A stretch of 63,951 bases of DNA, the filler included, from Octopus bimaculoides (Eukaryota), in NCBI RefSeq assembly GCF_001194135.2. It is 6 parts of 5 records of this genome, joined end to end, with 100 filler letters (N's around TTAATTAATTAA, not from the genome) between each part and the next. Parts side by side here need not be neighbours in the genome. Positions count along the whole stretch, not along the records: positions 30,627 to 49,488 come from NC_068993.1; positions 49,589 to 62,686 come from NC_068988.1; 4 more parts are not named here. One strand, 5' to 3'. The notes beneath the pieces were generated by a model that did not search any database, had not been told where the DNA came from, and was given only the letters and a program-made list of their open reading frames with translations. This document shows positions 37,715-52,597 of this stretch, piece by piece. Numbering within the stretch: position 1 is the first letter of the stretch; each line of letters begins with the position of its first letter. Position numbers and translations under genes: made by a program.

Positions 37715-39791
37715 TATCTATATACACTCACGTGTATATAGAGGCATACACATAAATACAGACACACATACATCCTTTATTTATTTCAGACATGGGGCCA
37801 TGTTGGGGAGCCGCATTGAAGAGTTTAAACATCGAACGTTGTAGTTATGTTTAAAAATTCTGGCTGCGTAATATTATATATATATATATATATATATGAG
37901 ATAGAATCAACAATTAGGAGGAAAATACAGAGGCTGCAACCCGAGAAGCTATATCAAATGTGGTGTGAAAATATGTGTGTGAGTGAATGAGTGAGTAAGT
38001 GACTGAGTGAGCGATTGAGTGAGTGAGTGAGTGAGTGAATGAGTGAGTGAGCAAGTGAGTACAGATAGAAAGAGAAATTTTAAAACTTGCTACGGCATTA
38101 TAAGCACGAGGTGAAGAGTTGAAATGAGTTCAGTATTATTGACTCATGGTGTAGAAGCCAATTCATGTAATGAAAATTTCTAATGAAATGTACGTTTCCC
38201 CGGATACGATGCAGATGTAATACGAAATCATGAAGATAATCTGTACACAACGTACAGAGACAGTCACACGCAGGTACACAATTTACCTACCCGTGTCAAC
38301 TCTCCATACCTACCGCTCCCGCCCTCCCTATCTCTGTTTCTCTCTATATATATATGTGTGTGTATGTGCATGTGTATATATATATATATATATATATNNN
38401 NNNNNNNNNNNNNNNNNNNNNNNNNNNNNNNNNNNNNNNNNNNNNNNNNNNNNNNNNNNNNNNNNNNNNNNNNNNNNNNNNNNNNNNNNNNNNNNNNNNN
38501 NNNNNNNNNNNNNNNNNNNNNNNNNNNNNNNNNNNNNNNNNNNNNNNNNNNNNNNNNNNNNNNNNNNNNNNNNNNNNNNNNNNNNNNNNNNNNNNNNNNN
38601 NNNNNNNNNNNNNNNNNNNNNNNNNNNNNNNNNNNNNNNNNNNNNNNNNNNNNNNNNNNNNNNNNNNNNNNNNNNNNNNNNNNNNNNNNNNNNNNNNNNN
38701 NNNNNNNNNNNNNNNNNNNNNNNNNNNNNNNNNNNNNNNNNNNNNNNNNNNNNNNNNNNNNNNNNNNNNNNNNNNNNNNNNNNNNNNNNNNNNNNNNNNN
38801 NNNNNNNNNNNNNNNNNNNNNNNNNNNNNNNNNNNNNNNNNNNNNNNNNNNNNNNNNNNNNNNNNNNNNNNNNNNNNNNNNNATGTATATATATTTATCG
38901 ATCTATAAATCTCTCTATCAATCTGTCTGTCTATCTGCCTGTCTATATATCTATCTATGTATGCAGAGAGAGAAAGAAAGAGAAAGACCGAGAGATACGG
39001 GTGCGTTAGAGCTACAAATCTATGAAAGAAATTCACCCATACAGAAAATAGAAGAACAGATAATACACAAGACAAAAAAACACATGATATAATAATTGTA
39101 ACAATGGAAGTTAGCGAGAAAGTGAGAAGTGAGGGAGGAAGGGAGATTCTATCAGAAAAAAAAAATCGGAGAAAGAAAGATGGTGATCGAATAGATAATG
39201 GAGGAAGTGAGAGATTACAGGAGAAGGAAAGAAATAGGAAATAAAGTTGTCCACCATTTTGAGAGTACGAGCGTTAAGACCGAAGATAAGAAGCAGACAT
39301 TTTACTTTCATCCTTATTTCGTTGTCTTTATTTTAATAAGAAATAAGCCGTCAATAGTTATTTAAAAAGAATCATGAAAACAGTTCGTTAAAATGTTCTT
39401 ATACCAATGATAGTGAGGGAGATGCTGCAGGTGTTTGTGTCGGCTTTGGCGCCGGTGTTGTTGGTAGTGTTGGCGTTAAGTATTCCGACATCGGTGCACT
39501 GACGAATGTAAAATAAATAGGAGCCGGGTTCAAGAAGTGTTTCTAACTCCTTTTGATGTTCTCGTAGGGAATTATTTCAATAAAGCTTTACTACTAAACT
39601 AATGCTTCCTCTTTTTCTTTCATCTGAAACGAAATACACAGACATACGTATACAGCAGGCACATACTTAAGTATAAACCCACATATAAACCCACAAGCGC
39701 TGACACTCACCTACACTTACGCAAACACAATTACCTACACACGTAACTACGCAAACACACACACATATTACACATATAAATATGTATAATC

Positions 39792-39845
<54 letters not shown>

Positions 39846-39872
39846 GCATTTATGTATACACACACACACACT

Positions 39873-39919
<47 letters not shown>

Positions 39920-40879
39920 TTATATGTCTATGAATATGTATATGTAGATGTATATATTCATATAGAAGCATATATATGTGTGCATATATATGTATATGCA
40001 TATATATATATATATGGATANNNNNNNNNNNNNNNNNNNNNNNNNNNNNNNNNNNNNNNNNNNNNNNNNNNNNNNNNNNNNNNNNNNNNNNNNNNNNNNN
40101 NNNNNNNNNNNNNNNNNNNNNNNNNNNNNNNNNNNNNNNNNNNNNNNNNNNNNNNNNNNNNNNNNNNNNNNNNNNNNNNNNNNNNNNNNNNNNNNNNNNN
40201 NNNNNNNNNNNNNNNNNNNNNNNNNNNNNNNNNNNNNNNNNNNNNNNNNNNNNNNNNNNNNNNNNNNNNNNNNNNNNNNNNNNNNNNNNNNNNNNNNNNN
40301 NNNNNNNNNNNNNNNNNNNNNNNNNNNNNNNNNNNNNNNNNNNNNNNNNNNNNNNNNNNNNNNNNNNNNNNNNNNNNNNNNNNNNNNNNNNNNNNNNNNN
40401 NNNNNNNNNNNNNNNNNNNNNNNNNNNNNNNNNNNNNNNNNNNNNNNNNNNNNNNNNNNNNNNNNNNNNNNNNNNNNNNNNNNNNNNATATATATATATA
40501 TATATATATGTTAATATATATATACATACATATACATATATATACATATGCATCCAGACATACATATATGTGTTCGGCTGTGTATGCATGCGTCTATTGA
40601 CTTATACGCGAAAACAATATAATCATATTAGAATTCGAGAATGTAGTGTGCGTTTATAACTTTGGGTGTTAGTATCGTAGTGCGCGCGCACGTGTATACC
40701 TATGTTATTTATTTCTTATTTCTTTCTTGTGTATAAGTACAAACACAACTGTAATATACATACATATGAAGAGAACATAGCTCCATTTTGAACCCGATTA
40801 GACACACACGTGCACACACACATGCGCAAGCAAAACACACACGCACGCACACAGGGACACAAACATACATAATACATAC

Positions 40880-40940
<61 letters not shown>

Positions 40941-41849
40941 ATGTGTGTGTATATTACAAAACGTTCATGTCTGATAAACTGACAAATAAAGTAAGAGAAA
41001 AGATTATGGCGTATATCATATTGGTTTGGAAAACAAAGTACTTTATTAGCACCTGTCTTTCTCTGTCGAGAGTGCGCAAGACTAATAGATATAGATATAC
41101 CGAATATAAAGAGTATTAATTCTTCCCTGCAGTGGTTCAGCAGACTCTCTGGCGTGGCACTGAAGCGAAGATTTATTGTTAGCTGGGTTTTTAAGGCTTC
41201 TTCCAAAACATACTGGAATTACATATATAAAAGTAAAGTAGGTTATTTAGTAGTGTGTCAGCCTAATTTATAACTACTTTATAAGCAGTAAGTCTTCTTT
41301 ATTGGTTCGTGAATTGAGCCTTGTACGTCTTTTTCTGAGCACCAGTCTGCAAGTCGTAAAACGGTCCGTCAGAAGACGCCTATTCTCTGTTATTTTCATA
41401 TCGATAGTCGAAGAAAATATGTTTAAATTCTTATCTAACTTACAGTGAAGCATTGTGAGATTTAACGTATTTTTCCACATCATATTTATGCTCCTTTTTG
41501 CATAAAATAGACATCGATCAATCAATGATGTATCACCCGCTCAAAACACATATCTTCTAATTACTCAATCCACTAATGAAGCTAGGCTAAGTTATGCCTG
41601 GTTAATAGGAGCTAATGTACGCTATTTGTTGGGGAAGAAAGCTCGATACGTCTTCTCAGACCTGAGATTTAGTCAACAATATGCGAAAAATATGATGACC
41701 TCCGTAGTTTTTGCACATCAAAAGTACAAAAAGAATGTGAAAATTGTAGGCAACATTCCATTGGTATACAATATGCAAATCATTAAAGATGTGTCTGTAT
41801 ATAGAGACACATGTGTATAATACCGTTTATGTTTTATATTTTTCACTCA

Positions 41850-42175
41850 TTGGTATACGGTCATGCTAGGGCAGGGCCTTCACGAGATTTATTCGAACGA
41901 ATCGACAACAGTATTTACTTATTAAAGCATGTTATATATTTTATCGGTCTCACATGGTAAACCGCTACCTTACGGAAAATGAAACCAACCAACATCGGTT
42001 GTTTATTGGGTGGAAAGACGAATATAAGCACACATACACGCCCCCATATATATATATATATATATACATACACAGACACAAAGAGACAAAGACACACACG
42101 TATATATATATNNNNNNNNNNAATATTTGAGAGGCCCGAGGCTATAGTAGAAGACAAGGTGCCACACAAAGGAAT
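41850..42175 (-). mobile_element. SINE family A, decayed copy
   Basis: cggtcatgctagggc..gaatcgac..; ccgaggctatagtagaagac..aaggtgccac. Confidence 0.55.
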
Positions 42176-43167
42176 TAAATTGAGAAGACATCTACGCCTC
42201 TTATAAGACAGTAACGCCTCTTATAAGACAGCTACGCCTCTCTGTATATGCGTCTGTGTTTGTGTGTTTTTGTGTAAATACAAACATACACAGGCATAAA
42301 TTATGTTGTAAAAGTATTACTAAATTAAACTGCTGGCGTCGCTGGTGTCGTAGTCTCCATTGATTTTACAATAAATTTTACAATAAATTTAACTCTGCTC
42401 TCAGTATTATAACCACCATTAGTAAATTGCTTCGTTGTTATTTTGTAACTTCCTTGAAATAATAAGCTAAGTATAACACAGACGCACTCACTCAGTCGGA
42501 CAGGGCGACACACGTGTATATATATCATATAAATGTACGGAGAGACTGAGGTGGTGAGAAGGGAAAGAGGAAATTCACTCTTTAATCTAACTAGCTATTG
42601 TTGTGTGCAAGATAGAGCTAAAATATAGCAAACTAAAATAGAAGACAATCGTTTAGTATATGTTATGGCCTAACATATCAAGTTGTCTATTTGGAGAAAT
42701 TCTTAAATAGTATTTCCGAACTTCAATAAATAGAAATTTGATTACATGCAGTTGCAGTTAACTAAACCTATCCATAAATATATCAGATTTTTAAATAAAT
42801 GTTTATATATTGTTCTTGTTTAGCCACGGGTCAGCTACGATCGTAAAGATTTATTAACAATAGTGTTTGAACGGTGAGCAGTCCATGCGATTTTTCTCGT
42901 TTTTGTCAGACATGTTGAATCGAGGCTTCTAGTATCCCGTAATGCATTGCTTTATCCTTATATGGCAAGTTGTGGATTGAAGGAAATGTATCTGCTATTT
43001 TTAGCATGTCATGCAGTCACTTAAAAGTTCCGTCATTGCTTTGAAACGTCCATCGGGTGTATGTACGTACATTTTAGATTGTGTCAATTGCCATTTACCA
43101 ACGCAATAGACACGTGAAATCCAAACAAAAGTACGAGAAAAGTTTAATAATAATAATCTTTTCTACA

Positions 43168-43577
43168 GGCGCATGAGTGACTGTGTGGTAAGTAGCTTGC
43201 TTACCAACCACATAGTTCCGGGTTCAGTCCCACTGCATGGCACCTTGGGCAAGTGTCTCCTAATATAACCTCGGGCCAACCAAAGCCTTGTGAGTGGATT
43301 TGGTAGACGGAAACTGAAAGAAGCCCGTTATATATATGTATATGTATATATATGTATATGGGTGTGTGTGTCTGTGTTTGTCCCTCCAACATCGCTTGAA
43401 AACCAATGCCGGATGTTTTTTACGTCCCCGTAACTTAGCGGTTCGGCAAAAAAGACCGATAGAATAAGTACTAGGCTCACAAAGAATAAGTCCTGGGGGT
43501 CGATTTGCTCGACTGAAATCGGTGCTCTAGCATGGCCACAGTCAAATGACTGAAATAAGTAAAAGAGTAAAAGAGTA
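43168..43577 (+). mobile_element. tRNA-derived SINE family A, full length
   Basis: ggcgcatgagtgactgtgtgg head, B box GGTTCAGTCCC, same core and aaaagagt tail as the 26.5-kb copy. Confidence 0.85.
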
Positions 43578-43589
43578 TAGTTACAACGT

Positions 43590-43755
43590 CTGAAATTTGG
43601 GCAGAGGGGGTTAATTGGTTTCATCGACTGCAATACTAAACTGGTGCTCAATTTATCAACACCAAATGGATAAAAAAGAAAATCGACCGCAACGGAATAT
43701 GAACTCTGAGAGTAAAGACGGACGAAATATCACGAAGCACTTTATCCGGCGTAAT
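43590..43755 (-). mobile_element. SINE family B, decayed copy
   Basis: tgaaatttgggcagaggggg..catcgac..aatcgaccgcaacggaatatgaactctgagagtaaagacggacgaaata. Confidence 0.65.
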
Positions 43756-44425
43756 TTAGAATACGATAATAGAATATGAACTAGTCATGATTGTCTACTT
43801 TTTAACTACTAAGATTGCATTGGCTAATAAATTCTCTTCTTGTTTAAAAACACAAAGGTGAATGTATGGTATAAGAAAATATGGTTGCTATTTCTAGCAT
43901 ATTACAGGATTAAATGGTGGATTCATAGATTCCGTAGAGGGAAAGACAGTATCGTTTGTTTATATTAAAATTACAATTGATAAATCATTATTTATTCATA
44001 ATATCCATCTTTTGATTATGGTCTGTAGACCGAAGCAAATTTTGATATTTTCCTGTCTCTGACATTAGTGAAGTAGATTGAAACGTGTAAATCTGGGATA
44101 TAGGAAAAAAGAAACTGCTATACGTGTAATCATTGATCGTTTATCTGCTATTAAACAACAGATTGGTTGTTTCAGTCGCTGATAGTTTGTTGCCAGCCCA
44201 CTGTTTTTCCTGTGTGTATGACATTAGCGGAATTAATTGTAACGTTTAATTCTGGAGTATGGTTAAAAACAGACTGATGTGGGTGGAAATGTTGCACGTC
44301 CATCAATTATTAAACAAAATATGCAGGTTTCTATTGCTGGTCACTTGAGTTTAATGCTAGCACGATGAAAGGAAATTGTAAAAGTTCAAATTGTAGTGTA
44401 TAGCTGTATGATGTTTAATCATCAT

Positions 44426-44853
44426 TTCTTCTGTAGGCACAAGGCCTGAAATTTGGGTGGGACGAGATAAGACGACTACATCGACCCCAGTGCGTAACTG
44501 GTTCTTAATTTATCGATCAGGAAAAGATGAAAGGTAAAGTCGACCTCGAAGGAATTTACTTTCAGAACGTAAAGACAAGCGAAATACTCCTAAGCATTTC
44601 GCCCGGCGTGCTAACGTTTGCTATTTCTTTATTGCCCACAAGGGGCTAAACATAGAGGGAACAAACAAGGACAGACAAAGGGATTAAGTCGATTACATCG
44701 ACTCTAGTTACACACTGGTACTTAATTTATCAACCCCGAAAGGATGAAAGGCAAAGTCGACCTCGGCGGAATTTGAACTCAGAACATAAGGCAGATGAAA
44801 TACTGCTAAGCATTTCGCCTGGAGGGCTAACGTTTCTGCCAGATCGCTGCCTT
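44426..44853 (-). mobile_element. Two head-to-tail SINE family B copies
   Basis: The block gatgaaagg(c/t)aaagtcgacctcg..tcagaac..taagcatttcgcc..gctaacgttt occurs twice (44426-44620 and 44620-44853). Confidence 0.8.
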
Positions 44854-45227
44854 ATGTATCATATTTAATAATGGTTATATAGAAACTGTGTCCACGTAAA
44901 TGTATTGTCAAAGTGGTTCCATTCCTTGATATGCAGCATGCTCTAACGGATACAGTTCCTGATAAATGTTGTAGTGGCTCGTCGTTACGTAGGCATGACT
45001 TGGATATTTTGAGAATACCTGAGTTGAATACAACCAATGGATGCCACAAACAACGTTGCAGAGAGAGGACGAGGGAGAGAGGGGAAAGAAGACGAACGGC
45101 ACGTATCTCTATATATGTCTATCAGTTTATCTGTCAATCTATCTATCTATTTATCTATCTATCTGTCTATGTATGTATCTATATGTCTGTCTGTCTATCC
45201 ATCTCCCTATATATAATCACTATACAT

Positions 45228-45383
45228 TTTTTTCTCTCTGTTTATTTGCGTTCTCTCGCGGTTCTTCTCCTCTCACAATCTCCTCTGCCGAAGAGCGTAG
45301 ACTCGAAACGTCAAAGACATTTCCATTCTTCTCAGGCGTTAAACTAATACACCTGCTTGTTCATTCTTCACCTGTCTTCGTCT
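45228..45383 (+). mobile_element. Family 2 repeat with a hammerhead-like motif at 45281-45316
   Basis: TCCT-CTGCCGA-A-GAGCGTAGACTC-GAAA-CGTC-AAAG, followed by the shared tail aaactaatacacctgcttgttcattcttcacctgtcttcgtc. Confidence 0.65.
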
Positions 45384-46262
45384 TATTGCGGGTTTCCACA
45401 GAGATTTTTATCTACCATATGCACTCACAAGGCATTGGTTGATGCTACAATAAAAGACACTTACCCAAAGTGCCGCGCGGTGCGGACCAAATCCCATGTG
45501 ACTGCAAGTTGAATTTCTTAACAAGAAAACCATATCTGTACCTATACATCTCATTATGGAAATGTCTAAAGAAAGTAACGACCAACATAATGAAATTATA
45601 TTGTACCATATTTTCGCTCCCTCATATTATAATAATTTAGTGGTTTTGTAGTCCCCAAAATTGTTATGAAAATGTGTTTATTAAATAAGTATAGTACTTG
45701 GTTTAAATATTTTATTTCTATATAAATACAACATTCTTTTGAACACACATCGGCCGCTTGGTATTTGCCTCCCGCTTCTGATCTTACAACGACCCCGAGG
45801 TGGCGCTACTTCTTTAGATTTTAATCTAACGATTTCACTGAAATTTGACTGCTGTTTCTTCAGGTCGAGCGATCATATAGATTTGTGTTGGTTATTTTAT
45901 GATATATAAACTGTGATTGAACGTTAAATATGAGTCTATATTTCACAAGCAAAGGTTATTGGTGTTGTATGAAATTATTGTGTACGTGAGTGATGTGTGG
46001 GCATATATGTGTAGAAAGAAGCGAGAATGGTGAGGAAAAGAAGCGAAAAGAGAGAGAGGGGGGCAGAAACAGAGAGTGAGAATGAGGGGTTTTATGCGTG
46101 TGATAGAGGAATGAGCGCGAGAGGGTTAGATAGTAGATTGAACAAAGGAACTTTGAGGAATTGACAGATCATCAAATAAAAGAATGAGCATTCAATATTT
46201 ATTTGAAGTTAGGAAGCAGATGGAAAAATATCAGCAGTCAAGAACCACAGACAAAGTGGCAA

Positions 46263-46306
<44 letters not shown>

Positions 46307-46479
46307 ACGAGACGAAAACGCAGCTAATCATAACCACATGCAGATATGCAGGTCAATTTGGGCACACCCACAAACGAGCATAATAGACATATACGTAGGT
46401 ATGTGTATGTGTGTGTTAATGTGTGTGTGTGTGTGCATGCGTATGACTATATAAATGCATATTGATGTACACATGGTTA

Positions 46480-46825
46480 CATGGTTAAGAAGCATAGTTC
46501 GCGACCACGCAGATCTGGTTTCGATCAAACTGCGTGCAAACCCCTCATATGTATGTATATGCCTATGTGTGCGTATATCTATCTTATATCTATCGTGTGT
46601 ATATATATATATATATGCAGGTGTCCTTGGGGTCTTTTTTCCCCCTCAACTGTTTAGTAAACACTTTTAGTTTGTTTACGACTCTATAAAAAAAAACGGC
46701 TAATCAAAAGAATCCGATAACATCAGTGCTAGACTCTAAAAGTAGGCACGAGTATTGATTTGTTCGATAAAACTCTTCAAGGCGATGCCCTAGCATGACC
46801 GCAGTCCAATGAGTGAAAGACGTGA
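46480..46825 (+). mobile_element. SINE family A-like, old copy
   Basis: catggttaagaagc..ggtttcgatc head; cttcaaggcgatgccctagcatgaccgcagtccaatgagtgaaa tail. Confidence 0.5.
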
Positions 46826-47533
46826 AAGATGCAAAGATAGATAAAAGCTATATGTGTGTGTATNNNNNNNNNNNNNNNNNNNNNNNNNNNNNNNNNNNNN
46901 NNNNNNNNNNNNNNNNNNNNNNNNNNNNNNNNNNNNNNNNNNNNNNNNNNNNNNNNNNNNNNNNNNNNNNNNNNNNNNNNNNNNNNNNNNNNNNNNNNNN
47001 NNNNNNNNNNNNNNNNNNNNNNNNNNNNNNNNNNNNNNNNNNNNNNNNNNNNNNNNNNNNNNNNNNNNNNNNNNNNNNNNNNNNNNNNNNNNNNNNNNNN
47101 NNNNNNNNNNNNNNNNNNNNNNNNNNNNNNNNNNNNNNNNNNNNNNNNNNNNNNNNNNNNNNNNNNNNNNNNNNNNNNNNNNNNNNNNNNNNNNNNNNNN
47201 NNNNNNNNNNNNNNNNNNNNNNNNNNNNNNNNNNNNNNNNNNNNNNNNNNNNNNNNNNNNNNNNNNNNNNNNNNNNNNNNNNNNNNNNNNNNNNNNNNNN
47301 NNNNNNNNNNNNNNNNNNNNNNNNNNNNNNNNNNNNNNNNNNNNNNNNNNNNNNNNNNNNNNNNNNNNNNNNNNNNNNNNNNNNNNNNNNNNNNNNNNNN
47401 NNNNNNNNNNNNNNNNNNNNNNNNNNNNNNNNNNNNNNNNNNNNNNNNNNNNNNNNNNNNNNNNNNNNNNNNNNNNNNNNNNNNNNNNNNNNNNNNNNNN
47501 NNNNNNNNNNNNNNNNNNNNNNNNNNNNNNNNN

Positions 47534-47580
<47 letters not shown>

Positions 47581-48136
47581 TAACATAACATATATCATTT
47601 GACGCTATATTTATGCCCTTATAAATATGCTTGCTTGTGTAAATATGTAGAAATTAACGACTGATTATATCTATTGGATAAGAGCATACGTATGCCTGAG
47701 TAATGCTTTTCATAGAATAGAATGTTCCAATATTGTGACTGGTTTTATTCTTATTTAGTAGAGCTCATCAGTAACAAAATATTCACTTTCATTCAGTCCT
47801 TGAATAAATTGCATATCTAGTAATTACTGTTACAGATTTCACTAAGCCAGAAAATCCGATTTGAATAAATGGGGCATTAGTAGCAGCTAAATCAATTAAG
47901 TACAGTTGCCTTATGACATGGTAAGTTCCTGAATAGATGTGGTTATATGTGTATCTCTTTCAATACATAATTCATGTGGACATGCAATTTCTGGTGGACT
48001 GCCTCATATACGAGTCAACACTTTCACAATCAAGCTCCCATTTTCTGTCCACGAATCCATTGTATATATTTGTTTGCTATCTTAGTATAACTGCATACAC
48101 AACCGGCCACAGCTTGTATTACTACGAGAGATGTAA

Positions 48137-48178
<42 letters not shown>

Positions 48179-48354
48179 NNNNNNNNNNNNNNNNNNNNNN
48201 NNNNNNNNNNNNNNNNNNNNNNNNNNNNNNNNNNNNNNNNNNNNNNNNNNNNNNNNNNNNNNNNNNNNNNNNNNNNNNNNNNNNNNNNNNNNNNNNNNNN
48301 NNNNNNNNNNNNNNNNNNNNNNNNNNNNNNNNNNNNNNNNNNNNNNNNNNNNNN

Positions 48355-48500
48355 NCAACAGACGAGGACAGGTGGTGTAAATAACAAAAGTATATATTAG
48401 TATGACGCTCGGGAATACGGAAAGTCTTTGACGTTTCGAGCTACGCTCTTCAACAGAAAGAATACGGAGACAAGGAGAAAAACACGGAGAAAAAAAATTG
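48355..48500 (-). mobile_element. Family 2 repeat with a hammerhead-like motif at 48426-48460 (perfect helices, CUGUUGA core)
   Basis: Minus strand CTTT-CTGTTGA-A-GAGC-GTA-GCTC-GAAA-CGTC-AAAG. Helix I CUUU/AAAG, helix II GAGC/GCUC, GUC triplet. Confidence 0.7.
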
Positions 48501-49639
48501 AATAATGTTCAGTCAACGGTCAATCATAATGTGTGTGTGTGTGTGTGTGTGTGTGTGAGTGTGTGTGTACTGACCAAAGCTATAATTAGTACGAGCTTTA
48601 TATATCTACATTCACATATGTCTGTATGAGTGTTGTATGCATTTATGTATCTAGAGAAGCAATGAGAATTTAAAAAATGACAATAGAGGAGGAAGAGGTT
48701 CTGATGAATAATCTATATACGCACACATACATACTTACTTGTACATGAGTATGTATATATGTAAATAGGTATGCGAGATAAATCAATAGATTGTAACAAA
48801 TAACGTTTGAAATCCATACAATTGGTGTTTATAAAGATATATAACAACACACAGCCGCGCATACAAATAGGTAAGTACACACGTCCATGTGTTCCTGAGA
48901 CACATGCCTCTGTGTGTGTGTGTGTGTGTGTGTGTAGTACATTGGCATGGCGCACACGCACTTATCCTGTTAACACGAAACATGCAAAACGCTCGCACAC
49001 GCGAACATGCTAGCCGATTACTGTACAGACACAGGCTTCAGAAACTGACTGGTTATTCTTCCTCATCGTTGATACATGATCTAGTAACATAAATATGATG
49101 TTATTTCAATATAAAATATGTCTTCATAATTTACACTGCAGAATGTTTCCTATACATTCAATTTCGCTGTGCGTACTGGCAACTCTTTGGATATACACCT
49201 ACATAGACATATACATGCTTACGAACGCTGACGCACGCGCACAATTATTGCTTTCAATGTATAATGCTGTATACACCTCACTAGGCATCGTTTCTCTTAG
49301 TTTCATATATGCCTCTATAGTTACATACACATGTGCGAATGTCATAAATTACGAATTGATATAAATTATTATGGCTTTAAGCATGATGCACATGTAATAT
49401 ACGCTATATACATGTGTGTGGAGGTGTGTGTGTGCGTGTGTGTGCATGTGTGTACGCAGCTGCTCTTATAAGTTTTTATATGTATACTNNNNNNNNNNNN
49501 NNNNNNNNNNNNNNNNNNNNNNNNNNNNNNNNTTAATTAATTAANNNNNNNNNNNNNNNNNNNNNNNNNNNNNNNNNNNNNNNNNNNNCTCGTGGATAAC
49601 AAGAACCATGGAAATTTATGGGTTAGCAGAAAAAGTGAG

Positions 49640-50335
49640 AAGCTTGATATGGAACAGTATGAAAAGTTGGAGTACTTAATTCACAGCAAGGAATGAGGTA
49701 TAAGGTGAGGTAAAAGTGTGTCTCTACTAATCTTTGTGCTGGGAATGATCCTTCTGAGTGAAATACTACACAAAACAAAGTTGAGATATTATCTGGGAAA
49801 AGGTAAAGGAAAACTGAAGCGCTTATTATTCATGGACGACTTGAAGTTGTTCACAAAATGTGAAACAGAACTGGAGAGACTAGTCCAATCTGTGCAGATT
49901 TTCTCGAATGATATCACGATGGAGTTTGGATTTTCGAAATAAGATATGATGGTTATGAGACGAGGAAAGCTTGTCAGAACAGAAGGCATATATAAGCCAC
50001 GTAGTCAAATGATGAAGGCAATTGAACCTGGACCCTGTTATACGTACCTGGGAGTAATTCAGTCAGAGAGAAATAAACACAATGATAGGAAATAAATGAC
50101 AGAGAAAGAATACCAGCGGCGCGTGAGAAAATTATTGGCTTCAAAGTTGAATATCAGAAACATAATTTCGGCAATAAACGCGCGCAATCGAAAGATTTTC
50201 GTTATTGCGCTGGTATCCTGAAGTGGACAGAGGAGACGCTGAAGCCACTGGACACGAAGACAAGACAAGAAACATACTATCAATGCATGGAGTCCATCAT
50301 CCATGTGAAAACATTGATCGCCTATAGATTAAGAG
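49640..50335 (+). mobile_element. Decayed R4/Dong-type reverse transcriptase fragment
   Basis: GIR*GKSVSLLIF (GIxQGD-like), LLFMDDLKLF, FSNDITMEFG, YTYLGV, KEYQRRVRKLLASKLNIRNIISAIN, HP..IDRL. Confidence 0.8.
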
Positions 50336-50645
50336 CAAATGGATTAAAAAGACTAAGTGTAAAAGATTGATTACCTATCGATCTCTGGAACCTAGCGCAA
50401 TGTGGATGAAACCATTGCCCATAGTTCAAATTTTGCATTCAAGTTATTAGCAAAATTGCCCTTTACATCCTAATTAGCCAAGAAATAAACGATAACTTCC
50501 TCTGGGACTTCAAGAAATTTTATCATGAAACACACAGTCTGACAGGACCAGCTTTGACATTTTACATAGAGAAATTCGTTTTGTGTCTGGATATCAAATC
50601 CCTCCTCTTACTATATATATGTATATAAGAATATATGTGGCATAT

Positions 50646-50688
<43 letters not shown>

Positions 50689-51678
50689 TATGTGTGCCTG
50701 TGTGCGAGCGGGCGCACATGATAAATATTTATTTTTCTACAATTACATCTCGAAATTCATTTTTTTTCTTACTGGACGGAAGCAATTTATGCTTAAGCTA
50801 CTCGATGACACAAAGGCTCCAGCGCAGAGCACAAGGTTGACGTGATTGTGTACTCATTGCTATGTGTGTGATTATGTGTACGTGTGTGTTTGTGTGCGTG
50901 TGATTTTGTATGTATATATACATAGATATCTGTCTATCTGCCTTACAAATCTCTTTGTCTCTGACTGTCTGTCTCTGACTGTCTGTCTGTCTGTCTCTCT
51001 CACTCTCTCTCTGTCTCTCTGTATATATATATATATATATATATANNNNNNNNNNNNNNNNNNNNNNNNNNNNNNNNNNNNNNNNNNNNNNNNNNNNNNN
51101 NNNNNNNNNNNNNNNNNNNNNNNNNNNNNNNNNNNNNNNNNNNNNNNNNNNNNNNNNNNNNNNNNNNNNNNNNNNNNNNNNNNNNNNNNNNNNNNNNNNN
51201 NNNNNNNNNNNNNNNNNNNNNNNNNNNNNNNNNNNNNNNNNNNNNNNNNNNNNNNNNNNNNNNNNNNNNNNNNNNNNNNNNNNNNNNNNNNNNNNNNNNN
51301 NNNNNNNNNNNNNNNNNNNNNNNNNNNNNNNNNNNNNNNNNNNNNNNNNNNNNNNNNNNNNNNNNNNNNNNNNNNNNNNNNNNNNNNNNNNNNNNNNNNN
51401 NNNNNNNNNNNNNNNNNNNNNNNNNNNNNNNNNNNNNNNNNNNNNNNNNNNNNNNNNNNNNNNNNNNNNNNNNNNNNNNNNNNNNNNNNNNNNNNNNNNN
51501 NNNNNNNNNNNNNNNNNNNNNNNNNNNNNNNNNNNNNNNNNNNNNNNNNNNNNNNNNNNNNNNNNNNNNNNNNNNNNNNNNNNNNNNNNNNNNNNNNNNN
51601 NNNNNNNNNNNNNNNNNNNNNNNNNNNNNNNNNNNNNNNNNNNNNNNNNNNNNNNNNNNNNNNNNNNNNNNNNNNNNN

Positions 51679-51716
<38 letters not shown>

Positions 51717-52597
51717 CTGTGTGTGTGTGAAACAATCATTACTCTTCGAAAACATTGCCCCTGACATGAGTGTGATTTGTATATTGTTATGCAAGACAAC
51801 TTGTATAAATTAAGATACATTCTTGGATACTTTATTTGTTGAACCGTAATCTATCGATCATAGTTTTGTATTAGTCACACCTTGTCAGACTTAGTGCCTT
51901 GGTGATGATAACGGAAATTGGGAGATAATTAACATCTTGTGTATTTCGTACTACTCATGTAAAGAATTATGTCTTCCTTGTAGTAGGGTTGAATAATAGC
52001 CAGCCGAAAAGAGGGTTTTCATTATTTCATCGACTAGCTAGAATATAAGTGTCAAATGTATTCTTTTACAGAAGCTGCAGATATGAAATTATAAATTATA
52101 TATTGTATGATGTAGTCTGAGTTACACAACTCCGAAAGGATGCTAAGATTTACACCTCTAGGAACAGAAATGTACAAAACATTGAAGCTGTTTAGGTGAA
52201 TAAGAAACACCAGACGGATGAGGAAATGGCCGTTAAGGGATCGCTTGAACTATTCAAAATACATCGAAGTCTAACTCAAATCAAATTTAATTCTCCTGTG
52301 AAAGGGCAGCTTCAACAGAAAACTTCTACATTCTTCCACTTGAAGAAATTAATGATAATGAAATTTCGAAGAGAATAAGTACATACGAAATGTTTAGAAT
52401 GCATAATCCGCACAACGATGGCCGAACGTACACACTAGTGATTATATACCATATTTAAGGCGCAATTTGAGTTCTGTCCGCAACGTGACAGTAATACTAA
52501 AAGCATTTTTTATATTAATATGGAAATTACTGCATACTTTTGTAGAGTATAAATTTATTACGAGTGAGTACGCTAAGCAGTGATAGGTAAAAATGCA

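Noticed and set aside
42193-42242. Short tandem duplications (20-bp unit here; 29-bp unit at about 7440-7505) as CRISPR-like arrays
   Set aside because: No spacers, only 2-3 units, eukaryotic context: slippage duplications.
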